DNA from: a virus
Lineage: Duplodnaviria; Caudoviricetes
Virus record (IMG/VR): IMGVR_UViG_3300009183_000045
Direction: 5' to 3' (one strand)
DNA length: 64,000 bases
Positions 18,917 through 33,236 of this stretch are shown here, in pieces. A model generated the notes under the pieces. That model was given only the letters and a program-made list of their open reading frames with translations. It was not told the DNA's origin and did no database searches. Position numbers and translations under genes: made by a program. Positions within the stretch are counted from its first letter, which is position 1; each line of letters starts with the position of its first letter.

Positions 18917-19602
18917 TTTAATTTTAAATTAAAATTATTTTTACTTCTCTTGTTATAATTTATTTGATCTATAGAATAATACGCTTCATTGCGGACATAT
19001 AATTCATCGTATGTAGATTTTTGCCATGCTGGATGTTGGTGTTCTATGATAACTTTAGATGATTTATAAACTCTTTTTAACTGAATAGAAACTTCCGTAA
19101 ATTCATTATCACACCACAAACTAATATAATCTGGATGGTATATATAATTAAATCTTTCATAATATTTTTTGCCTAATATACTAAGAGTGTTTAACCTGTC
19201 TTGAGCACCATCGTGGTACCATAATACACCATCTGTGTCTTCAAAATTATTCTTCATGTCTTGACGAATAATTTCATCATACCCCATAATTATAGGAATC
19301 ATGTCATCAGACGCCAATAGTAATATATCCCAACCAGATACTTTTTCTAAATCTGCATTTACGGCTTGTATTTTGGTTTTACTATCTCCATAAAAATAAA
19401 TTAATTTTACTCTTTCTTGATATTTCTTCAATTTACAAATAATTTCTTCATTATTCATAAGAGGATCATCTGAATCCATTGAAATCAAAAATGCTATTTT
19501 GGATATATTAAATGCCTTTTCAATATATAAATCCAAAACTTCAAAGAATTTTTCAGATCTTCCACGAGTTGGAAATTTAATTAAAATTTTATAAGAGTTC
19601 AT
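18913..19602 (-). CDS. GT-A glycosyltransferase
   Basis: KFPTRGR, K..AVN, LLASDDM, WCDNE. Confidence 0.7.
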   Translation of the reverse strand: MNSYKILIKFPTRGRSEKFFEVLDLYIEKAFNISKIAFLISMDSDDPLMNNEEIICKLKKYQERVKLIYFYGDSKTKIQAVNADLEKVSGWDILLLASDDMIPIIMGYDEIIRQDMKNNFEDTDGVLWYHDGAQDRLNTLSILGKKYYERFNYIYHPDYISLWCDNEFTEVSIQLKRVYKSSKVIIEHQHPAWQKSTYDELYVRNEAYYSIDQINYNKRSKNNFNLKLK

Positions 19603-19606
19603 ATAA

Positions 19607-20152
19607 TTAACCTGTTGTAGATGGATAATAAAAATAAATAGGATCTGTTATGTAAACTTCTGTAACTAATTCTTCTTTTAAACGGAGAGAATAATCTTTA
19701 TCTTCCTGATATGATAAATCAGGAAATCCTACCTTTAAAGCAATTTCTCTCTTTACTGGATTGAGATGATTTGGACATCTATAATATATGTTATTTTCTT
19801 CATACCATTCTTTATATTTTATAGAATGAATAAATTTGCGGGATCCTAGATGTTTTTGGGTAATAATTCCTTCTATTCCAACACAATCTGGTTGATCTTT
19901 TATGGCTTCTAATATACTAGATATAAAATAAGGAGACACCATATCATCATCATCTACAAATACGATGTAATCTCCTTGAGCAGCATTCAAGAGTTCATTT
20001 CTCTTGGCTCCTATGGTTTTTTCCCCGTCATCTATATTTGCCAACATTTCAACACTATTATTAGATTGAGCATTGAGAATCCGTGCTAGATTATGAAAAA
20101 CTAAAGACCTCTTGGTGAGCGTGGCGGTTAAAATGGAAAGTTTTTTTGACAT
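19607..20152 (-). CDS. GT2 glycosyltransferase
   Basis: LSIL, IGAKRN, GDYIVFVDDDD, QED. Confidence 0.85.
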   Translation of the reverse strand: MSKKLSILTATLTKRSLVFHNLARILNAQSNNSVEMLANIDDGEKTIGAKRNELLNAAQGDYIVFVDDDDMVSPYFISSILEAIKDQPDCVGIEGIITQKHLGSRKFIHSIKYKEWYEENNIYYRCPNHLNPVKREIALKVGFPDLSYQEDKDYSLRLKEELVTEVYITDPIYFYYPSTTG

Positions 20153-20153
20153 A

Positions 20154-21629
20154 TTAAAAAGAAACCAAGTAATGTATATAGTTATCTACAGAAGTTGATA
20201 AAACAACTTGTTTTATATTATCTAAACAATTTGTTATGCCATCTATTTTATGAGATTCTAAATTACTATTTTTGTATGCATTAAATTTTTTCCCATTAAT
20301 TTCATGACATATATTTTCTTGAGGATCATTTAACCGGTGTATATGAGACACACTAAAAAATTTACCAAAGGGGTGTTTGTAAGGAACTAATCCCTCTCTT
20401 ACACATCTTTCATATAAATCATCATCTTCTTTGCCCCATCCTTCATACTGATTACTGTACCCATTGACCTTGATTAGATGATCTTTATTAAAGAGAACAA
20501 CCCCTCCCATGATTTTGTCCGGGATATTAACATAATTAAACTGACTACAATGACTACTAATGTGGGATGGAACGGAAGGATAACTGTAGTCTGCATATTC
20601 GGGTAATAGATCCACATCATGAAAACATATATAATCACCAGAAGACTTGGTGTACCCTATATTGTTCAACAAGCCCTTATTAAAGGGCTTGTTGTTATCT
20701 TGTTCCACAACAATAATTTCATAATTTTCTACTTGTCTGGAAACATAGGAATGAAGAGATGGAATAATTTTTTCTAAAGCATTCTTGCGATCTCTGTATG
20801 GAATTATTATAGAAAGTTTTTTGTCTTTATTAATTTCTTTTTTTCTGCTATAATTATTTTGTAAAAACATTAAAGAATAACATAAATTTTTAATACCCTC
20901 ATCTTCTATACTGTTTGTAAATTTGCCCCATTTATTAGTAAAATGTTTAGCAGAAACGTCCCAATTTTCTTTGTATTTGTCTTTATTGGTTATAGAAGAT
21001 TCTTCATTACTTCCTAGTATATCTGTTATATAATCTTGACTGTTTAATAAATCTGGAAAATACCAAAAAGGAGGTGCTACATTATTGGTAACTAAATTGT
21101 ATGCAAAATCTACATGCTCAAATGCATTTATATAAGTTTCATCAAAATATCCTAATTTAGTTACCAGATTAGAATGTATGTACATAAATGCTCCTTGAGG
21201 GTTGTGGTAAAACCCAAGTTTAGTGCCGTCTGGTTGTTCAAGAACAAATTTTAAGGTCTTTTCATTATTTGCCACCTTTTCAAAACACAGATGATGTATT
21301 CCTGTAGAATTTGCGGCTTTAATGTAAGCATTAAACACACCCGGATCTTTAATTAGAATATCATCTTCTATGAGAAATAAGTGTTTATATCCCTTATCAA
21401 TGAGATATTTTAGGAGTATGTTCTTGCTTTTGGCTACTCCTTTTTGTTTTTTGTTTAGGATTATATGATCTACATCCCACTGAGGAGTAGCATAACTATT
21501 TTCTCCATCATTAACAACAACAAGTGTTCCTATTTTATTTCTAGGAACACTTGCAAGAACTTGCTGATAATAATCAGGTCTATTGTAGGTTAATATACCT
21601 ACTCCTATTTCTGATGGTGAGATTTCCAT
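20154..21629 (-). CDS. Two-domain glycosyltransferase: GT2-like N-domain fused to GT7 (beta-1,4-galactosyltransferase-like) C-domain
   Basis: N: TYNRP, LIEDD. C: IIPYRDR, FNKGLLNN, FHDVD, MGGV, NGYSN.YEGWGKEDDD. Confidence 0.88.
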   Translation of the reverse strand: MEISPSEIGVGILTYNRPDYYQQVLASVPRNKIGTLVVVNDGENSYATPQWDVDHIILNKKQKGVAKSKNILLKYLIDKGYKHLFLIEDDILIKDPGVFNAYIKAANSTGIHHLCFEKVANNEKTLKFVLEQPDGTKLGFYHNPQGAFMYIHSNLVTKLGYFDETYINAFEHVDFAYNLVTNNVAPPFWYFPDLLNSQDYITDILGSNEESSITNKDKYKENWDVSAKHFTNKWGKFTNSIEDEGIKNLCYSLMFLQNNYSRKKEINKDKKLSIIIPYRDRKNALEKIIPSLHSYVSRQVENYEIIVVEQDNNKPFNKGLLNNIGYTKSSGDYICFHDVDLLPEYADYSYPSVPSHISSHCSQFNYVNIPDKIMGGVVLFNKDHLIKVNGYSNQYEGWGKEDDDLYERCVREGLVPYKHPFGKFFSVSHIHRLNDPQENICHEINGKKFNAYKNSNLESHKIDGITNCLDNIKQVVLSTSVDNYIHYLVSF

Positions 21630-22435
21630 ATCTGCTTTAAAGATTCTAACATATCTTTTTCAGAAGTAAACCTTTCCGGAGGACCATAATTGGTTACTAT
21701 TGAAAATTTATTTTTAGATATAAAAATATCTAAATTCTTTTTAAAATTTTCCATAAAATCTTGCTCAGATCTTATTTTACTTTGACCATGGTTTGCTACT
21801 ATATCCTTTACATACAATGAAGAATTTTTAACATCTGCAAACCATCTAAAAGGAGGATGATATCCCTTTAATGATATATGCAAGGTATGGTCTACGTGTT
21901 CGAGTGCATTATAAAAAGATTCATCCATTAATCCTACATCTTTTAAAACGTCTATATGAAAATAACTCAATGCCCCTAAAATATTAGGATAAAGATCTAT
22001 TATGGTTCCGTCTGGGTAATTAACACTCTTTCTTATAATTGGTTGTCCTTGTGGATCCAAATTATGATTTCCGTGTAGCCCAAAATTAAAATGTTTTATA
22101 CCGGTTGTTTTGCTGGCTTCTATGTAAAAATTAAAAACATTGTCATCAATAATTTCTATATCATCTTCTAAAATAAATATATGTTCACATCCCTTGTCTA
22201 TAAGAGATTTTAAAGCCAAATTTTTGGCTTTACCTACACCAATCTTGCCTTCAGTTTTAATATACCAATTAAGAAAAGGTGAGACAACCACACTCTCCAG
22301 TCCATCATCTACCACAACTGTGTAAATGTTTTTGTAAGCCTGCTTTATTTTAACTAGGGACGCTTCACATTGTTTAAAAAACTCAGGCCTATCACATGTG
22401 ATAATTGCTACGCCAATATTAAAGGGTTCTTGCAT
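21605..22435 (-). CDS. GT2-like glycosyltransferase
   Basis: IITCDRP, GVGKAKN, ILEDD, EHVD; paralogous to the N-domain of 20154..21629. Confidence 0.8.
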   Translation of the reverse strand: MQEPFNIGVAIITCDRPEFFKQCEASLVKIKQAYKNIYTVVVDDGLESVVVSPFLNWYIKTEGKIGVGKAKNLALKSLIDKGCEHIFILEDDIEIIDDNVFNFYIEASKTTGIKHFNFGLHGNHNLDPQGQPIIRKSVNYPDGTIIDLYPNILGALSYFHIDVLKDVGLMDESFYNALEHVDHTLHISLKGYHPPFRWFADVKNSSLYVKDIVANHGQSKIRSEQDFMENFKKNLDIFISKNKFSIVTNYGPPERFTSEKDMLESLKQIWKSHHQK

Positions 22436-23168
22436 AATTTTTCTGTATTAATTCCATGGATTTAAACATCTGATCAGCAGAAACACCTGTAGGATCATTT
22501 TGACCAGGAATAAATTGATGTTTGTTATAGAAAAGACCAAAACTAATTTCTGCAGACTTTTGTTCTGTAGTGTTAATTTTATTCATTTTAACCACAGACT
22601 TATATAATCCAGGACTAACACATGGATTGAAATGATTTGGGGGATATGTACCATCTGCTCGAAGTCTTAATATATAATCTAAAGTATCTAATTGATTATT
22701 ACTGTAAAGTTGTTCATTAAAGTAACCGTATCTTTTTATTAAATTAGAATATAAGAATATAACATCTGCATTTAATTCGGGAGAAATGTTTAATGAAATT
22801 TTCTTTTCTTCATCATCAATCACTAATGTATCAGATCCGGGACCCGTCATCATCCATGTTCCAAAATTAGAAGCAGTTATTATGGTTTTATTAAAAAATT
22901 CTGGATCTGTTAATGCATAATTAGAATTAATTAAAAATAAAAATTGTTTTTTTTGTAATCTAAAATGAGTCAATATTCTATTCTTAATGGAAGCAAAAGA
23001 AATTTCCTTTTCATGACGGACACTGTAAGAAGGGAGTGTATTTTTAGTATTTGATACGACAAATATATTATTAGTCAATTCTTTTGGAATAGATTCTAAA
23101 CAGTTGTTTAACTCTGTTTGACTGTATACATCTATTATACCTATTCCTATTTTTTCTGTTAAATTCAT
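22419..23168 (-). CDS. Degenerate GT2-like protein
   Basis: KIGIGII start, S.ASIKN, YGYFNE and YPP..F match the neighbouring GT2 paralogues, but no clear DxD motif. Confidence 0.5.
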   Translation of the reverse strand: MNLTEKIGIGIIDVYSQTELNNCLESIPKELTNNIFVVSNTKNTLPSYSVRHEKEISFASIKNRILTHFRLQKKQFLFLINSNYALTDPEFFNKTIITASNFGTWMMTGPGSDTLVIDDEEKKISLNISPELNADVIFLYSNLIKRYGYFNEQLYSNNQLDTLDYILRLRADGTYPPNHFNPCVSPGLYKSVVKMNKINTTEQKSAEISFGLFYNKHQFIPGQNDPTGVSADQMFKSMELIQKNYARTL

Positions 23169-24082
23169 AAGTCTTTTAAAAAGTTATTAAAATATCCAAT
23201 AGGCGAAAAGTAATCTTCCCACAATTTTCTATTTTTGTCTAAATTAAATGTCCTTTCTTCAATAATAGATGGTAATTTATTAATATCCCCTTCTTTAATA
23301 AAGATTATATAATCTTCCCAATTTATAATTGATTCAAACGGCAAATTAACATCAGAATCAATTAATATTGGAACCCTTCCAAAGGATAAAGTTTCATAAA
23401 ATCTGTAAGAAAAATTACCATGACCCCTGTAACAAAAATGATACATATTTTCTGTTAAATTTTTATTAAATTCTCTTCGTGATTGTATTAATTTATCATT
23501 GTTATCTGCCCAGTGATGCCAATAGGCCTCTCTTATTATAAAATCTGTTTTACATCCAATTTCTTTTATTGAATCTAATATTTTATGTCTTCCGTGTTGA
23601 ACCCTTCCACAAAATCCCACAGCCTTTTCTGGAATTAAATTACTATATTTTTGATCAGGTGATATGAAGGGTAAAATTCTTTCATTTTTGTGTCTAACTG
23701 ATTTATACAAAGAAGATCTATACAAAATAACATTATCCGGCAAATTAAACATGCCAGAATTATCATCAAAATAAAAATTAATTATTTTTATGTTCAATTT
23801 ATTAGATAATTCTAAAAAAGGTTCAATGTCTGTTAAATTAAATTTAAACGGATTTATAATCACATCTGCTAGAGATGGGTCTTCCACTAAAATATGATCA
23901 CAATTTTTACCATTTAAAAAAAGAGAATGGATTATGTTTTCATAAATTAAATCTGATAATTGTACTTTTTTTATTTCTTGATAAGTTTCAATTTTAATAA
24001 AAGGAATAACACAAAAAGAACTATGCCAATCTGATAACTTTTCCGGCGTTAACTTATCTTGATTTAAAATGTAAATTTTCAT
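23165..24082 (-). CDS. Exostosin-like (GT47) glycosyltransferase
   Basis: GFCG, FCYRGHGNFSYRFYETLSFGRVPILI...LPFE..I.W. Confidence 0.85.
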   Translation of the reverse strand: MKIYILNQDKLTPEKLSDWHSSFCVIPFIKIETYQEIKKVQLSDLIYENIIHSLFLNGKNCDHILVEDPSLADVIINPFKFNLTDIEPFLELSNKLNIKIINFYFDDNSGMFNLPDNVILYRSSLYKSVRHKNERILPFISPDQKYSNLIPEKAVGFCGRVQHGRHKILDSIKEIGCKTDFIIREAYWHHWADNNDKLIQSRREFNKNLTENMYHFCYRGHGNFSYRFYETLSFGRVPILIDSDVNLPFESIINWEDYIIFIKEGDINKLPSIIEERTFNLDKNRKLWEDYFSPIGYFNNFLKDL

Positions 24083-24088
24083 ATATTT

Positions 24089-25147
24089 TTAAGATGCAAG
24101 TTTGAGATAAAGTTCATTCAAGTATTCATAAGTCTCATCTTTATGAGATATATCTAATGCTTGAATAAAATCTAAAATATTTTTAGTAATGTCTACAGAA
24201 TCAAAAGAATTATCTGAGTCATTTAAAGTTAAATCTTTATCTGCAATTTTATAATCTAATCTAAAAAATTGAGGTTTAAGTTTTTGCAATTTAGAAGATA
24301 TTAGACTAATTTCTTCTGGGGTTATATCTACATCAATTAAAAGACATACAATATTTCCAGTTACATTAGTTTTTATATAATCAGATGGTAATTCTTTAGA
24401 TAGAATTTTTGCCAAAGATAATTTGATGTGTTTAGGAGATACTGTATTTTCTATAAATTCAAATTTATTGGTAATAAGATCTAAAATATAAATGCCCCTT
24501 TCTTCATCAACATCTCCAAAATTTTGTTGGTAAGGACTACCCAAATATAGAATCTCTCCATTTTCATATTCACGATGAGTTCTTTTATGAAAATGACCAG
24601 TTATTACAAATTTTGATTTATTTAAAAGATCTGCAGATGACATACCGTGATCACATGTAGAGTGATTGTTCATCTTAAAACTTTTAATTTCAAAATGGCC
24701 TACAATATAATCCATATCTCCTGGTATGGATTTGATGTCGGTGCCCCAAGGAACCATACACAGTTGTTTTGTGGAATTAACTACTTGAAAAATGTGAGGA
24801 ATTTTATCAATGACTGTAATATTGTTCCAACCATCAAATAAAGATATAGAATTAACGTCGCTACGTTCTTTGTAATAGCAGTCATGATTACCCGTAGAGA
24901 TAAAAATTTTAAAATCACTTAATATGTCAAAAAATTGTTTTGCAGTACTTAAAGTGTTAACAGATATTTCATTTCTATTATGAAAAATATCTCCCGGGAT
25001 TAAAATTTCATTAATTCCATTTTTACTATAAACTTCTGAAGCCCAGGTTGCAAAATTTAATATGTTAGAGTGCCACGCAAGGCTGTCTTGACCCAAACCT
25101 ATGTGTATGTCGGAAAATATTCCTATACGTGACCCCTTAATTTTCAT
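24089..25147 (-). CDS. gp47 Mre11/SbcD-like nuclease
   Basis: SDIHIG, GDIFHNR, GNHD, GHF, GHFH, YLGSP. Confidence 0.95.
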   Translation of the reverse strand: MKIKGSRIGIFSDIHIGLGQDSLAWHSNILNFATWASEVYSKNGINEILIPGDIFHNRNEISVNTLSTAKQFFDILSDFKIFISTGNHDCYYKERSDVNSISLFDGWNNITVIDKIPHIFQVVNSTKQLCMVPWGTDIKSIPGDMDYIVGHFEIKSFKMNNHSTCDHGMSSADLLNKSKFVITGHFHKRTHREYENGEILYLGSPYQQNFGDVDEERGIYILDLITNKFEFIENTVSPKHIKLSLAKILSKELPSDYIKTNVTGNIVCLLIDVDITPEEISLISSKLQKLKPQFFRLDYKIADKDLTLNDSDNSFDSVDITKNILDFIQALDISHKDETYEYLNELYLKLAS

Positions 25148-25149
25148 AT

Positions 25150-25788
25150 TTAATAATTGTTGCTTTGAGATATTCTTAATTGATTGTTCTTAACAACTGT
25201 TTTATAGTTTTCAGAAAATAACATTAATTCATTTTGATACTTTTCATGGGTATCTCTCAAGTGTTTTTCTTTTTTAATTCTATTACGGAAAGCATTAAAA
25301 GCAATGCGTGTAAAGTAAGAAAATGGATTTGAGCCCTTGGCGTGATCATATTTTTTAGAAGTTAATGCTTTAAACATGCGTATTATGCCGTCTCCCACCA
25401 TTTCTTCTCTGTATGTATAGTTGATAAAATTTGGTGCATAACTTAATTTGTTGGCAATTTTACTAACCATCAATGCCAAATTATCTGACATATGACCAGA
25501 CTTATAATAATCAATGATCTCGGTGTCAAATTCAACGGGATTTACGTAGAATTTTTCCTTATCAGTTGGTTTTTTCTTTTTAATGACCTCTTTAACTATT
25601 ATTTTTTCTTCTTCCTCTTCATCTTCTTCTATATCCTCATCATTATCATCTTCATCATCTTCTTCATCGTGTGAAGAAGGATGATCATATCCTAAAAATT
25701 CAGCCTCTTCTTGGGTATAAACAATTTCTGTGACGTCTTCATTTTCTAGAGAGGCCTTCTTACGAGATTTCCGTTTCGGTGTATTCAT
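25150..25788 (-). CDS. gp55 late-transcription sigma factor with acidic N-terminal extension
   Basis: IANKLSYAPNF.NYTYREEMVGDG, NPFSYFTRIAFNAF..RIKKEK. Confidence 0.93.
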   Translation of the reverse strand: MNTPKRKSRKKASLENEDVTEIVYTQEEAEFLGYDHPSSHDEEDDEDDNDEDIEEDEEEEEKIIVKEVIKKKKPTDKEKFYVNPVEFDTEIIDYYKSGHMSDNLALMVSKIANKLSYAPNFINYTYREEMVGDGIIRMFKALTSKKYDHAKGSNPFSYFTRIAFNAFRNRIKKEKHLRDTHEKYQNELMLFSENYKTVVKNNQLRISQSNNY

Positions 25789-27199
25789 ATTTTTCTAATT
25801 TGTATATTTTCTTTCTTTCTTCAACGTGTTTTTTGCCGTATTTGGTATTATCTGCAATATCAAATATTACAGCTTCTGATTTGGTGTGGTGAAGGCGCAA
25901 TACCCTACCAATGGATTGCATAATTTTTATCTTAGCTTTCCCGGCCGATGCAAAAATAATGTTGTGTAAATTAGGTATATTAATACCCGTACTAAAAATC
26001 TTAGAAATTGCAATAACTATAACATCACGGCGATCATCCATGAGTGTTCTTATTTTTTCCCTGTCCTCCATCTCTGTGGAACCTTGAATAAAATACACTG
26101 GTCTCAATGGAGTGGATGTAGGTGTCGTGAGTTCTAGTAGTTTATTGTAAAGGTTAATGCCGTGTTCAATACGGTCAACCATTATTAAAGTGTTTTCCTT
26201 TAACTTGAGAGATAAATTTGTAATAATTTCATTACGTCTTGCGTTAGCTTGTAAAAATTCTAATTCTTGCTGAAAAGCAAGAGCCGGTTGTGTTAAATCT
26301 AATTCTATATTAGGTAATACAGAATGAATAACTTTTAATATAATAATCTTAAAATTAGAAATATAAGATTGTTCCTTTAAGGTGTGGGTTTTTTGTTCAT
26401 AGGTAATAGGACCTATCTTGCCCACTATATTCCATTGATCGATTTTAGAGGATGGCATTGTTCCTGTAAATCCAAATTTAAATGGTGTATTAATAAATTT
26501 TAAAACATCATTTATTTTATTGCCTCTTTTTAAAGAATGAACTTCATCTACTAATAAAACATTAAAATCACTTAAAACTGATAAATCTGTTTTTTCTGAC
26601 ATTAAAATCTGTGTGCCCGCAACTACTATATCTGAAAAAGAATTATATTCATTATCACCTGACCACTTAGAAACATTTTTTAATCCATATTCTAAAAAGT
26701 CATTAGTGGTCTGCTCTACAAGTTGTATAGAAGGCACCAAAACTAATGTTTTAACTACCTCTTTTATTAAAGGTGTTATACTTTTAATAACACCCGCCAT
26801 TATTAAAGTTTTTCCTCCCGCTGTTGGGATGACTGTTACTCCCCTGCCCTGTTTTAATGATGTATAAATGCTCTTTTCTTGATAATCTCTGTATTGTTTA
26901 TTATCAAAAGATAAAATCATAGGAAATTCAAATCCTGGGTTGTATATATATTTTATTTCCTGGCTAACCTTATACTGATAATGATTTAGATCTAAAAATG
27001 ATAAAAGTTCTCCTAAAAGACCAGTATCAAATTTTCCCTGTGGAGTAATTGAATATAAACGAGTTGGTGTAAAGTGTGAACATCCCCTCCTGTATGAGGG
27101 GTTAGAAATAGAAAAATTCTCTCTAATTAAAGAGAGAATATCCTTTTCACAAATTATTTGAATTTGTTTATCTTTATTAACAAGAGAGAATTCAATCAT
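25760..27199 (-). CDS. uvsW: UvsW SF2 helicase
   Basis: RDYQ, PTAGGKT, DEVH, GFTGT, STGINIPNLHNIIFA, QSIGRVLR. Confidence 0.95.
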   Translation of the reverse strand: MIEFSLVNKDKQIQIICEKDILSLIRENFSISNPSYRRGCSHFTPTRLYSITPQGKFDTGLLGELLSFLDLNHYQYKVSQEIKYIYNPGFEFPMILSFDNKQYRDYQEKSIYTSLKQGRGVTVIPTAGGKTLIMAGVIKSITPLIKEVVKTLVLVPSIQLVEQTTNDFLEYGLKNVSKWSGDNEYNSFSDIVVAGTQILMSEKTDLSVLSDFNVLLVDEVHSLKRGNKINDVLKFINTPFKFGFTGTMPSSKIDQWNIVGKIGPITYEQKTHTLKEQSYISNFKIIILKVIHSVLPNIELDLTQPALAFQQELEFLQANARRNEIITNLSLKLKENTLIMVDRIEHGINLYNKLLELTTPTSTPLRPVYFIQGSTEMEDREKIRTLMDDRRDVIVIAISKIFSTGINIPNLHNIIFASAGKAKIKIMQSIGRVLRLHHTKSEAVIFDIADNTKYGKKHVEERKKIYKLEKYEYTETEIS

Positions 27200-27597
27200 T
27201 AGGTTGTCTCCAATTTATTAATTTCTATGATATTTTTTATATCATAGGTCATAGATCTGAGTATAGTCTCCACTTTTTCAAGATATTCAATCAAGAGTTC
27301 TGTTTCTTCTATGTCCTGATTGATTTTTTGTATAGTATCTGAATTTTCTATCTTCTTTTCTAAAGAGGCTTTAGGAATTCCGTTGGGAATGCCTTGTTCT
27401 TCTAAAGAAGAAAATACAGCTAGTTTAGACATTCTTTTTTTTCTTTCTAAACCATTAAGGTATCGCTTTTGTTCAATCAAGCGAAAAACCCATTTATGCT
27501 TAATTGAAGGAAGAGTCAATTGCTTCTGAGAAAGATTTAATTCATCAATTCTGGTGTCTTCTTTAAGTTCTTGACTAAGTTTATCAAAATCTAACAT
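27199..27597 (-). CDS. uvsY: UvsY recombination mediator
   Basis: Adjacent to uvsW; helical; ends ..YDIKNIIE..KL as in UvsY. Confidence 0.8.
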   Translation of the reverse strand: MLDFDKLSQELKEDTRIDELNLSQKQLTLPSIKHKWVFRLIEQKRYLNGLERKKRMSKLAVFSSLEEQGIPNGIPKASLEKKIENSDTIQKINQDIEETELLIEYLEKVETILRSMTYDIKNIIEINKLETT

Positions 27598-27627
27598 AAA
27601 TATTAATATCTTTTATTATAATCCCTT

Positions 27628-27843
27628 ATGTCCACAAAATTTCAACAATTATTTTTACAACTCATGGAGGACAACTCAGCGGCTCCAGGAGGTGCTTTTG
27701 GACCCAATGACGCATGGTCTCCCGAAAATATCCCCAATAATGACACAAGAGCCACTATGTCTGTGGTAAACTGGGGAAAAGGAAAAAAAGAAAAAAAGAA
27801 AAAATTTCCGTTGATAAAAAGAAATTTGAATAGATCTTTATAA
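27628..27843 (+). CDS. Small hypothetical protein, candidate internal head protein
   Basis: MSTKFQQLFLQLME leader, basic tail, TAATG coupling to the next gene. Confidence 0.6.
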   Translation: MSTKFQQLFLQLMEDNSAAPGGAFGPNDAWSPENIPNNDTRATMSVVNWGKGKKEKKKKFPLIKRNLNRSL

Positions 27844-28268
27844 TGGCAACGGAAGAAACCACAGGACATTGGATATTATCCGATGGAATAATAATAAATG
27901 AATTAACCTTTGGCTTTATATATGAAATTACTAATAATATAGAAAATAAAATATATATTGGTAAAAAACAATGTAATTCTAGAATTAAAAGAAAACCATT
28001 AAAAGGAAAAACTAGAAATAGAATAGATTATAAAGAATCAGATTGGAAGACCTATACAAGTTCTTCGGAAAATTTAAATAATGATATTTTACGCCTAGGA
28101 AAAGAAAATTTTACATTCAAAATAATTAGAACAGGCACCTGTAAGTGGGAATTAGCGTATTATGAGGCTAAAGAACAATTTGATCGCAATGTTCTCTTTC
28201 AAAAAAATTATTACAATGGTATTATAAACTTAAGAATTGGTTCACCTCCTAAAAATTTAACAACTTAA
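27843..28268 (+). CDS. Stand-alone GIY-YIG nuclease
   Basis: GFIY.ITN....IYIGKKQ, ESDWKTY.SS, F.FKII, E..EQF, YYN. Confidence 0.85.
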   Translation: MATEETTGHWILSDGIIINELTFGFIYEITNNIENKIYIGKKQCNSRIKRKPLKGKTRNRIDYKESDWKTYTSSSENLNNDILRLGKENFTFKIIRTGTCKWELAYYEAKEQFDRNVLFQKNYYNGIINLRIGSPPKNLTT

Positions 28269-28269
28269 T

Positions 28270-28809
28270 ATGTCACAATCACACTGTATATACTGCAATT
28301 CAGATTCTTTTGGAGTTCCTTGTTTGTTTTCTCCTACTAATACTCATGTACATATGGGAGAAGCTTCTAAATGTATATACTGTGGTTCAACCTCTGTTGG
28401 AAGTGGTTGTTTGTATAATCCTTATAATAAAATACACACCAGAGGGCCGGAATTTTTAAATAGATCTAATATACAGGCAGAAAGGGCTTTAATATTAAAT
28501 TATATAACAGACCAAATAACACAGGAGAATTCTTTAGATTATTTATCTCCTCTAGACAGATTTTATAAAAGAATTTCGTACATAATATCACACACTTCTG
28601 AACCTTTAATGGAAGCTCTTTCTTTACAAGAAACTCCAGTTTATTCTTCAGTAGAAAAATCTCATTTAATAAAGGCTTATAAATTAAAGATGGAAATTGT
28701 GCAAATTCTTGAAAATTTAAGAGAAGTGATTAAAGATGCCAGTTTAAGCATCACTCCAGAACTTGTAGAAGAAACTATATTAGATGCTATTATATCCGCT
28801 CAGGAATAA
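28270..28809 (+). CDS. Hypothetical protein with a duplicated CxxC-x8-C-x7/8-H motif
   Basis: CIYCNSDSFGVPCLFSPTNTH and CIYCGSTSVGSGCLYNPYNKIH. Confidence 0.7.
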   Translation: MSQSHCIYCNSDSFGVPCLFSPTNTHVHMGEASKCIYCGSTSVGSGCLYNPYNKIHTRGPEFLNRSNIQAERALILNYITDQITQENSLDYLSPLDRFYKRISYIISHTSEPLMEALSLQETPVYSSVEKSHLIKAYKLKMEIVQILENLREVIKDASLSITPELVEETILDAIISAQE

Positions 28810-28812
28810 ATA
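28807..28812 (+). promoter_or_regulatory. Late promoter core TAAATA, 6 nt before the fibre ATG
   Basis: Matches the T4 gp55 -10 core; gp55 is encoded in the window. Confidence 0.5.
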
Positions 28813-28818
28813 TAGTAT

Positions 28819-32724
<3,906 letters not shown>

Positions 32725-32728
32725 AGAG

Positions 32729-32757
32729 TTGATTTTTTAACAAAAACCTAATAATAT
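32729..32757 (+). promoter_or_regulatory. Sigma70-type promoter TTGATT-N17-TAATAT, 5 nt before ATG 32763
   Basis: Read directly. Confidence 0.6.
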
Positions 32758-32762
32758 TAGGC

Positions 32763-33236
32763 ATGAAGATTAAAGATTCTCTGGTGGTTTACCTCCCCCA
32801 GAGAATCATCATGTTTCCCCTACATCTATACATTAATTCACTAATAACAAGGGTGTTAAATAGATTGTATGAATGGGATATACACACTAGCAAAAAAATT
32901 TCTGGCAAAGAAAAATATTTTAATCATTTTTTAGAAAAAGAAATATTAGACATTCTTTCTGAAATTAAAATAGTTTACAAAGATTTAAACCTTAAAATAT
33001 TTACCTTTTATATTAAATGTAATATTTCTGAAACAAATCAAGAATTTTTATCTTTAGACAATTGTGTAATTAAAAAAGTTTTAAAAACCTTCAACAAAGT
33101 GTGTGGAAAATATTTTATTAAAAATATACCCAAAAATATTTATTTTAAACCATCTGAAAAAAGTTTTAAAAATATAAAATGCGGAGTTTTAACTGGTGAA
33201 GAGTTGGAATTCCTAGTTAAACTAACAAATGATTAA
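32763..33236 (+). CDS. Hypothetical protein, 157 aa
   Basis: Promoter upstream; overlaps the next gene. Confidence 0.6.
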   Translation: MKIKDSLVVYLPQRIIMFPLHLYINSLITRVLNRLYEWDIHTSKKISGKEKYFNHFLEKEILDILSEIKIVYKDLNLKIFTFYIKCNISETNQEFLSLDNCVIKKVLKTFNKVCGKYFIKNIPKNIYFKPSEKSFKNIKCGVLTGEELEFLVKLTND

